A stretch of DNA of 64,000 nt from the human T2T-CHM13v2.0 reference genome, Homo sapiens. This document shows, piece by piece, positions 53,758 through 64,000 of the stretch. The notes under the pieces were generated by a model that was not told where the DNA came from, searched no databases, and saw nothing but the letters and a program-made list of their open reading frames with translations. Numbering within the stretch: position 1 is the stretch's first letter; each line of letters starts with the position of its first letter. The translations under genes were made by a program, and so were the position numbers. The stretch lies in assembly GCF_009914755.1 (NCBI RefSeq), contig NC_060939.1. One strand, given 5' to 3'.

Positions 53758-55506
53758 GCTTGACAAAAATGTTTACTTTCAATTTTCATATACATTTAAT
53801 AAAGGTTATTGCTAATTTCTTAGCCCTTTAATCTGAGAGCTGTATTTAATTTTACATTGATGTGGATGGCTGCTGCCAATTCAAGGCTGCAAGGGTAATT
53901 GGTAATAAGGCCCAGATGCTCTTACAGAAACAGAACAAAAAATATTTCCTCTTAAAACATAATATATACATGTTTTTTATTAACTATGAGAAGAGAAATT
54001 GTGGGGTAAACAGACCCAGACCTTAAATATCATAAGACATACAGGTGTATGCTTTTGTTTTTTTAATTTCAGCATTCTGATGTGTGTTAAATATTGCAAG
54101 TTGTAAAATGTATTTGTTTATTTTTATTATGACAAGTTAATATAGACTATCATAAGCTTTTAAAATAAGGCTATACAATATAAGTCAGTTACTTTATTAA
54201 ATTGGAGTGTTAATGGATATTCGCCCTGTATAAATATGGGTGCGAAAAAGGAGAGCCCTATAACTAATTGACTCCCTGCCCCAGGCACCCAAACCTCTTT
54301 CTGCAACTCTGGATTTGTCCCTCCAGGATACTACTGCCAAAATGATCAACACAAGGTCCCAAAATAACAATTTATTCTGCCCAAAGGACATTGTGCCCTC
54401 AGTCTCCTGGCCAGATGAATTGGCACAATTACATCCTTCTCTCTTGCTTTCCCCCTCAGGATATCCTAGGTGTCAGAGCTTTACATGTTGTGATGATTCA
54501 GAGAAAAAAATCTGCTAAGAGAGAAGGCAGTGCTACGAGCATCTTCTTAGATTCTTAGGTCCAAACTGATGGAGTGAAACGCAATTCCTCCGTTGGTTTG
54601 TTTCCTTCAAAACTTCACTGCCCCTCAGGCACATCCACAGATCAAGTAGAGGGCTAAATCCTTTCCTGACTCTTGACACAAATATATCGGTGTTAACCAA
54701 CAATGACCCCAAATTGGCCAATTTCAAGTCTTCTCTTCCACCTGCCCCCTGTTCCCCCAGCAAGAATTAGTGACTTAAAGACCATGGTGCAAATGCCAGT
54801 TTAATCTACCGAACTGTATTTCTCTCTCTGAAGCAGTCTGCTACAGAGGAAAATAGACATTCATTTCTGCTTCAGGAAATTAAACTGTTCAACATGGTTT
54901 CTTGATGATGACTTCTTATTTGTTTTGCCTCTTTTGCCTTAAAACTCTCTTCTCTCAGTACTTTCCTTTTCACAGAGCTGGTTTTCAGAAAACTTCTTTT
55001 TATTCATTTTTCTTTCTGACTCAGAGGCACTGAGCTCTGTATGAACAAACCCTTTCATCAAGAAACCCCACAGCTCGCCCTGGGGATGTGCAGGAGCAGG
55101 TGTATATTTGCTTCAAAAGCTGTTCTCAATGTAAATAAGCTCAAGGTGGGGCTCTTAGCAAAATGCTGAGGAGGTGAAAGAGGAAGGTGGCTATTTATAT
55201 AGACAGAACTCTGCATCCTGTCCCCTGTAAGGGACAGTGCCCATGGATGGGTTAGGATGAAAGACTCTAGCTCGCACACCAGGCACTTAACTAGGGCTTC
55301 TGACCATCAAAAGCTTCGTCCTAGGGAGTTACTCACCACTAGCATTGAAATGCCTTTTAAAAAGATAATGTGGTGTAAGGAGTGCAGAGGAAAAAAAGGC
55401 AGGGAAGATCTTTCCCAATCAAAAGGAAAAGAAGAAGCATTTACATAAGAACTCCTCAGTAGTTCTTTAAGACTAAAATCTTGCTCACATTTTGCAACAA
55501 AACATA

Positions 55507-56032
55507 TGTTAAGGAAAATTTAAGGAAGGCCGTTCATTGGACTAAGCTCCTGTCGTAGGCCCCAACAGAACAACCCAAAATGGAGTCACATGTGTCAAAG
55601 TTCTACAACACCAAACTGAAAACTAAATTGTTCACTTATAAGATCTGACCTTCCCAGAAATCAGGAGATGATAGCCAAATTTCCAAACAGGCCAATTTTC
55701 CAAAAACAAAAAACAAAAACAACACAGTAGATTCATAGCACCCAATCAAAAGGAGCCCAGTCGTCTTGAGCTGGCATGACAAAGAAGCCCCCTCTGCTTT
55801 CACCCATACAAGGAAAGTAACCTGATGCAACCTGAGGTCAACTAGTCCACTTTCTGTACTGTGCTGCTTCCTTGCTCCTGGTCAAGCTGCCTCACAAAAG
55901 CCAACTGTTCTGCCACATTCGATGGAACTCCTGTCTATTGCGTACAATGAGTGATGCCTGGTTCATAAATTGCTAACAAAAGCCAATGTGATCTTTAACA
56001 GTCAGTGTGTTGAAATTTTATTCTTAGAAACA
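55507..56032 (+). mobile_element. MER31-like ERV1 solo LTR
   Basis: TG..CA; ttggactaagctcctg..taggccccaacag..ccaaaatggagtcac..tctgaccttcccagaaatcaggaga..gctggcatga..cccctctgcttt. Confidence 0.8.
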
Positions 56033-56164
56033 CAGAAATAGGCCATATCTACTCACTGTCCATTTCATCTGTGGGACACTTGACGTGAGGGACATAGCTT
56101 TGCACTGAAATTTAAATATAAATGAGGACTAGTTTGAAGAATCACCTTCATTTTTCCATTTGCT

Positions 56165-56860
56165 GATTTGTTCAGACAATATTAATTATTGAGAGCCAAC
56201 TGTATACCAGGTGTGGCAATAGGTACTGGGAACACAATAGTGAGCCAAACAAGGCATCTCTATCTCTCCTGGGACATAAGGAAAGACTCATTTATCAACT
56301 AATCACACAAATAAATATAAAATTACTAAGCCCTCCAACAAGAAAGGCATGGGACTAGGCAAATAAAAGCATTGTTTGGCTTAGTCAGGAAGATCAGAGG
56401 TCAAGAACACTTACCTGAGGAAGAGTTGCTTGAACTTGGATGTAAAGGGAGAATAGTACTTAAAACCAGATGGAGGAAGAACATTCGAGCAGCAAGAATA
56501 CAATGGACAATGGCTCTGCAGGCAGGCATGGTGCACCTAACAAACTGAAGGTATGGCTGGATTGGAGAGAGCTAGGATGACTGGGAGGTAAGATGAGGCA
56601 GAAACAGACCATTAGGGACTGGGTCACAGAAGCCATCATTTAGACATGAGAAACTGTGGGCTTTGTCCTAAGAGCAATGGAAGACCACTGAAGAGTTTTA
56701 CACAAGAGAATGACGTGATGTGATATGATATGATATGATACAATATGATATGATATATGATGTGATCAGGTGGGATTTCTCTGGCTGCAGCATGTTGGTT
56801 ATGGCAAGAACAGAAGAGTAGGCAAGCTATCAAGAGGCTGAAAGAGACCAGAGATAGAGG
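56165..56860 (-). mobile_element. L2 3' region containing an (ATGAT)n microsatellite at ~56717-56766
   Basis: ttattgagagccaactgtataccagg..taggtactgggaacacaatagtga; gcaatggaagaccactgaagagtttta. Confidence 0.75.
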
Positions 56861-58369
56861 TTATTCCATACATTAATTAAATAAGCTTGATACATATGAG
56901 GTTAACCAGATCCTGGTTTTTGTCTGACACATCACATACTTTTTCTTAGTGGCACTTATTTACCTTTTCCCTCTCCCTTCCTAATAGCCCTTTCCCTCCA
57001 TTTATTTAATAGAGAATTTGATTTTGTCACTTGTAAGCCAAAATCACTTAGCCAACCTGTCTGAGAATCTTTATTTGTAAAAGGACTAATTATAATCTCC
57101 CAGCTCTCCTCATGGGGTTAGTTATCATGAATATAATCTGAAGTAATAGGTGCGAAAGTGCCTTGTACACTAGAATATATGAGATCAATGTAGGTTGGCA
57201 TTACTGCAGTGTTTCTAATTATGCACAACGTTCACCTTCTCTGGAAGTTAAGAGAGTATTGATAAGAATATTTTGGTAGAAAAAATTTCAGATACTTTAA
57301 TTAGGATACTCATCAAATCCCTAGCCAAGGCAATAATTAGTGCAGAAATAGAAGGGCAAAACAGGCAGAGATAAGAGGGAATTGGTTGACTGTGTAGCCA
57401 CAGCTTCAGGTCTCTGATGCTATGAGAGTGCACTCCAATCCACTCACCATGGTAAAAAGCCATGTGCATCAGCAGCAGCTAGGACTTGTGCTCTCAGGAT
57501 GTATACATTTATGATTGTGAGGAACTATAGAGACTCTAGGAACTGAGAGATGGTGCCATTGTTCCCCTTCCCCTTGGGGAACACTGTCAAGGGAAAAGCC
57601 TCTAGTCTCTCCGGAAAAGCAAACACAGCCAGAAAAACAAACAGCCGCACTTACCCTCCAACTCATTTGTGAAAGTACAATCAGGATTTGATCAAACAAA
57701 TGTATTTTTATAGGGAAGGGACTGCCTCAGGGATGGAGGGTAGGAAGCATCTTCTGACTGGAGAGAGAAGAACATGGAAATATATAAAACTCATAAAGGG
57801 CTTTCCATCCAAATTCTGTGGGAGACCAAGTTACTTCAGGGATCAGAGGCTCTCAGACACATTTTCTGCCCTCTTACCCCTTCCTTACCAAATCTTGACA
57901 TACTATCTAATGACTTTGTGGGTGGAAAAGCCCTACTTATTTTCCAGAGTGGGGATAGGCAGTCAAGAGTTCATTTACACAAGGGTGTGAGGAGAAAAGC
58001 AGGAAGTTTTCAAGAGCATTCTCTTCATCTGTAAGCATTGCTTCCACCACATCGAGAATCAGTCCTCACCTTATATCACTCCAGCAGGTGTCTTCTCTGG
58101 TCATTTCAAATGGTATTGGAAAAGTTCCCTCCAAACTGAAGGAGAGTGAATTCTAATGTGTGATAATTCTGTCTAGATAATCGCTATTCCCTCTCAGTCA
58201 GGTAGTACTCCCTGGAGAAATTTTGAGGAGGTACTCAATAAATCCAAACCACCCTTATAAGATGTTCCACTTTCAGTATGGGGAGGACTCTAAGAGTCTG
58301 AGATGGGAGAACCATGAAAATTTTACTTCCTATCTCTCAAAGAACCTTTGGGATTGTGTGTCTTAGTAC

Positions 58370-58395
58370 TCTCTCTCTCTCTTTCTCTCTCTCTC

Positions 58396-58435
<40 letters not shown>
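58370..58435. repeat. (CT)n(GT)n compound microsatellite
   Basis: direct reading. Confidence 0.95.
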
Positions 58436-58436
<1 letters not shown>

Positions 58437-59115
58437 ACGCATGTATGTGGTGCACAGTCACCTTTGTTAAGAGATGGCATTTATGAAGGGGAGCTAAGGA
58501 AACTTCCAGAAGTACAAGAAATGGCTGGAGCCAAAAAAAAAAAAAAAAAAAAGGCAAGACTTGCAACAACAACAATAAAAATCCAACCAGTTGTATGACT
58601 GGTACCTACATTCCTGAGCTGGTTGTAGAGGAAAAAGAAGACTGGAAAGATTGGGCATAGTCAAATTATAGAGGGGTTGGAAAGCCAGTCAGAAATGGTG
58701 GGAGGACTAATTATTCAACCATTGCAGAAACAGAGAGTGTGACTATGTGCTGGACATAGTTCTAGGTGCTTGGGATATATCCAAAAGAGATCAACATTTC
58801 TCTTATAAAATTTGTGGTCTAGGTATGACAACCCACTATTATCTGCCATTGGTGCTTAATGTTCATGAACTAATTTAATATTTAAAACAACCCCATGAGA
58901 TAAGCGCTATTTTTAGACTGCTTTGACAGAATAGGAAATTTGAGGCATAGGGAGGAGAAACATATTGCCCAAGATCACACATTTGGTAAATGTCTAGAGT
59001 TGTTTTAACCACTGCCTTCCACTAGTTGAAAGAGCTGAAGGATGGGAATTTCAAGGAGTGTGTTTTGGTCAAGGGGAGTTAGTGAGGGGCAATTGTAAGA
59101 CTGCAGAGAGCAGTC

Positions 59116-59452
59116 GTCTTAGTCAACTCAGGCTGCCATGACACAGTACCATAGACTAGATGGCTTAAACAGCAAAGATTAATTTCTCACAGTCCAAAGT
59201 CAGGATGCCAGCATGGTTCGGTCTTGGTGAGGGCTGTCTTCCTGGTTTGCAGACAGCTGCCTTCTTGCTGTGTACTCATATGGCCTTTTTCAGGCACTTC
59301 TTATAAGGCCACTAATCCTATTGGATTAGGACCCCACCCTATGACCTCATTTAACCTTAGTTACCTTCCAATAGCTCTATCTGCAAATACAGTCACATTA
59401 GGGGTTAATTTCAATATATGAATTTTGGAGAGACGCAGTTTAGTCCATAGCA
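59116..59452 (-). mobile_element. MLT1A solo LTR
   Basis: gtcttagtc..ggctgccat..accatagact..tggcttaaac..cttcctggtttgcagacagc..gacctcatttaacc..agtccatagca. Confidence 0.85.
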
Positions 59453-62400
59453 CCAAGTGATATTAAGATTTTAAAAATTAGTGATTATCCATGCTTGCTA
59501 CCTTCACGTATTTTTAAATGTAATCCTATCCAAAGCCTTAGGAGGCAGACAATAATCTATTTTACAGACTGTAGAACATGAAGTTGCAAGAATTTAAAGA
59601 AGGTTTTATAGTACTACTACATATGTTTATGACCCCTGAATTAAAACCCCAGGTCCATCTACTCTGTCCTGCACCACACTACCCCACTGCTGTTGCTGCC
59701 TCAGCCTTCATGCCTGACTGAGGCCTTTATGACCTTGGAGAAGGGCCCTTTCATCCTGCAGAGGAATTGGCAGAACTTCTTGGGTGCTAGGAAACAACAC
59801 CTACCTGGGGAATATAGTTGGTAGAAGAGATGTAGAGAAGGAAGATTTTGGTGGAGAATATATCTAAGTCAGTTTAAGAAAGATGATTTTTTAAAGTTTT
59901 CTTTTTAAAGACTTTTTCAAAAGAATCTTCAGGGGGAAAAATGGTAGAGAATTTCCTGGGGTAGACTCAGCCATTCGGGGAAATTAAAATGTGTTGTCAA
60001 CATAGGGAAATCTGAACCTCCTTTCTTCATAGCTACCATTCATAGGCTCACTTTCTTAACATGCCTTCATTCTCTCATTCATTTCTTCATGGTCTGCTGT
60101 GAGCATGGCTCTGTGTAGACACAGTGAGTGCTGAGGTGCTGAGGAAAATGTATTTGAAATTGCTGTGACAAGCTTCTGGAAAGTGTCATGAAAAAGGAGT
60201 CTGTGGTTAAAATTATGAGAATGCATGAGTGAATGGTTCATTAATTTAAGTACACTTTCGTTTTTCCACCCCATTGACTTGGTCTTTTAGATAGAGCTGC
60301 ACAGAGTTTGAATGCCTAGAAACTTGCCCCTCAGGTGACAAGAGGAAGTGAGCATGAGGGGCGTTCTCTCACTCAGATCTTGTGTACAGCAGCTTGGTGG
60401 GAAAGGTAAATCAAAGCCAGAGCTACATTCAACAGCTTATATTTGAACAAGTTAATGTGTTTTCTCTTAAACTCATAATAAGTAACACAGGAACATGGGT
60501 TTGATAACAGACATTGAGATATCTATGATTAGTGAGCTAATATTTGTCTGCTGAAACTCTAATGGCTCATCTTTGTGTTCCGACACTCTCAGATCCTACA
60601 CTTAATTGAGTTCTCTGCACTTGGAGAATCACATACATGACATAATTTAATCTTCATAATGACATACTAAAGTGTGGCTATTTCCATGTTACAAATGAGG
60701 AAACTGGTGCTCAGAGAAATGAATGATGAATGGGTTCAGGCTCCAGTAAATGTATGGAGGACTATGCCTACATATGTTCATCATCTTCCCAGGGCTCAGC
60801 GAAGTACCCATTACACTACAGATGCTCAGTATTGCCTGTGAATTTACTAAAAGGTAACAGAGCCAGGTCTCAGACTCAGGTTTTTGGCTCTTTTGGCAGC
60901 ACTTTCTTTAGCATATCAGGATGACTTCTTATTCAGTCATAATAGAGAATTATTTTCCTCTATTGGACACTAATACTGAAGCATTATATACACCTTTTGA
61001 AATATCCATTTGGATTTTTCTTTTTAGTAACAGAAGATATATATGTTTACTGCATAAAAATAAGGTGTAAAATGGAACAAGAACAAATACAACAAACGTA
61101 TTTAAATCATTTGAAATCAGGCCAACCAGAAATTCCTGCCTCTGTTCTGCAACATCCTTTGCTATAATAAAATTTATATTCTGTTTCCCCAAAAAAGGGA
61201 TGCCCTTCCAATTCACCTTCCTGAGGCTCAATAAATACTCCTTCTTAGAGTCAAAAATAAGACAAGATCTCTCTTTATGATCATCCAACGGGATCCAATA
61301 AGGCCATTCTTTGAACTATGAACCATAAATACAGTGCTGGGGATGGCAAGTCTCCCAATTCATACATTTTAATCCAAGTGTTATTAGGTAAAAACAAGCA
61401 TCAAGTTGAGCCTGTAAACAGAAACAAATTTTTCCATCAACCATATGTTCTTTAGTGGAAAGAACAAGTTTGTGTGATTTGATTCTAACCAGCAGTGTCA
61501 CCTTTTAGTGCCTCAGTTAACTCACTGTAAAAGTGGAGGTGCTCACACAGATGGTGACTAGGGTTAATTCTAGTCTGAGAATGCTATGTCTCAGTCTAAG
61601 ACATTAAAAAAAGGAACATGTATAAAAGAGAGAAATTCACTTGTCAGCTTCTTCCATGACTAGTGAGAATTGGAGGGGTGTGGGCTGGGTGTAGCTAGGT
61701 ATGTAAACAACTCCCATTCTCATTGCTAGTTGCTTTATGAACACAATACCAGTTGCTTTCCAGATGCCAATCATTGCCTCATTGGCTTTGGAGGCTGACG
61801 GCATGCACTCCAAAGAAGTCTCCACCAAAATACAAAATCCCAGAGTGCTTCTCTCCTTAAAATCACATCAAGCCCTGCCTTTGACTGATGGAAAAGAGAG
61901 TGTTCTGTTTTCCACTAAAGAACCTCAAGGAAACTAGAGGGTGAATTTCTGGTCACTGAAGATGAGAACCGGAGCTGTAATGGTCATTCTATCCCCCAGG
62001 TCCTGGCTGGTGACCTACCTGCAAGAACAGGCCATTTGGTTTTCCAAGGTCTCTTTTCTCCTACAAGATAGGACTTAGACATACTGCATTATAATTACTT
62101 GACCAAAATATATTCTTGTTCTCTGATTTCATTTGACAGAGTGATAGGTAAGAGATATTGGAGAAGAAGCTGCCCACTCCAGTAAAATCCATTGAGCACA
62201 GTAAAATAGTGGTCTACCACTTCCTTTGTTTTGCCATCAACTCTTGTCTCTCCACGGTTTTCTAAAGTCCCTGTGACATTGTGCTTAGCCTAAATGTGTC
62301 CCATGCCGCTCTTTCCTAATAGCAATGGATGGATTGTTCTTGAGGGAGTTCTTTGCCAAAGTTACTACCATCACCTTTACTCCACAATAGCCTTAATTTA

Positions 62401-63229
62401 TTAGTTATTCCTTTATAATTATTTTAAAGAGCTCTGGCTTGATTTTTGTGAGAAAGGTGGGTGAAGATTGGCAAATATTGAGGAGAGAGAAAGAGTAACA
62501 TGATATTATCTTCTGTAGAGAAATGCATTTTGGGTGTCAGGAACTGACAGGGGAAAAACACGCAGACATTCATGGCAAGAGACTTGATGAAAGCTTAGGG
62601 GACTAATCCTGACGCTCACTTTATTTTCTTTTTAATGGGATGTCAGTTCTGAAGAATAAACAGTCTTTCCTGAATCCAGAGTTATAAGCACTTATTTGTC
62701 TAGATAAAGTACAGAAAAGAAATATTGTGTGCTGCAGCCCATAAGTCATCTTCACGGCCTTTCAGGTAAACTACCAAGGATTTTTACTGTTCAACTCAGT
62801 GGAACACAAATTGGTAAACTGAGAGCTAACTGATCATGGCCATTGAAGCAGTCCAAAACTGACACCCAAAATTTCATCTTAATCTGAAATGCCAACATCA
62901 ATTACCTACAAAAGTGCCACAGCAGGGGATACCCACAGAAAGGGCAATGTGCATCAGAGGCTTCAAGGAAGGCAACATTCCAGGGACTTATTCTCAATCA
63001 TTCAAAGGGTTTTCCTTTTTTAAAATTTTACCTGCTATTAAAATTGAAAGCAGCAATTAAGGTAACTTTAAGTTCCAGAGTCCAGAAAATCTGAAGAATG
63101 ATATTCAGAACCAAATGTATATATGGACATGAGTATATATTTTTGAGCTATTTCATCAGAATCATCTGGAAAGCAGAAACACACTTTGGCTAGACTGTTA
63201 GATGTTTCTAGACTCTGTTCCCATTAATT

Positions 63230-63380
63230 TCTTAATGAATTTTTTTTCTGTTTTAGTGACCATTATGTACCGAGCATTGCGTCCAAGGGCTAAGACCATA
63301 GAGATGATGCAGACAGTCTCTCCCCACATGAAGCTCAATGTCTAGTGGAAAGATAACATAAATTTAACTATGACACAGTA
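63230..63380 (-). mobile_element. L2 3' fragment
   Basis: cattatgtaccgagcattg..aagggctaaga..agacagtctctccccacatgaagctcaatgtctagtgg. Confidence 0.6.
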
Positions 63381-64000
63381 GACTAATGCCATGTTGTCAA
63401 CTGGATTACAATCTCCATGTAACTGAATTCTTGATGAGTGTGTCCTCAACCCTGATTGTAGAAATGGGAAAAGGTTCTCGAACTCTGTGTCATCACCCAA
63501 ATGCTCTACTTTCTCAAGGTTTTCCTCAGCCCTGCATACCCCTGACAATAGTAGAAATAGAGGCCCGTGTTCCATAGTCTAAGTCTTTAAAAATTATAAA
63601 TCGAGCTAACAGACTGAGAAATAAATCATATTTCATCTCCATAGATTGACAAATAGAACTTAGTCTCCACCTGAAAGGCCAAGTTCGAAAGTTTTAGGAG
63701 TTCATGTGATGTCATGGAGTGAGTAGGCCCCAGCTCCTGGCTCCTTCCTTTTAGCCAATCCACCTTCCAGTCCCACTCTGGCTCCATCCTGCATTGTGAA
63801 GGGTCTCTGTGTTCACAGAACACTGAAGACTGGTCAGTCCTTCAGAGGATGGACTGGGGAAGAGCCCACACAGGCCCAGGGATCTGGCTCAGAGATGTTT
63901 CAGCAGGAAATTCTGTGGCCTTGATACATATAGCGTGCTCTAGAAGGGGTGTGCTGTCTTCAAGTGAGTACAACTCCATGATCCCACCTGCCCATCTCTT

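Overview
Primate (human-like) non-coding genomic DNA. I found no supportable host protein-coding exon, RNA gene or CpG island. The window is dominated by interspersed repeats (Alu, L1, L2, L3, MIR, MaLR/ERVL/ERV1 LTRs, hAT DNA transposons) and one 5.6-kb HERV-H provirus on the minus strand (24294-29913: two LTR7, tRNA-His PBS, GAGAC TSD, decayed gag/pro/pol). The main non-obvious result is at ~20960-22290 (minus strand). This apparently unique stretch, translated by hand across frameshifts, gives about eight colinear peptide blocks matching bornavirus nucleoprotein from N- to C-terminus, i.e. a highly diverged, near full-length endogenous bornavirus-like N element (EBLN). It lies ~2 kb downstream of, and co-oriented with, the HERV-H 3' LTR. 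Repeat subfamily names and the viral alignment come from recalled consensus sequences compared by eye and need Dfam/HMM confirmation. I cannot tell whether this EBLN is already catalogued.
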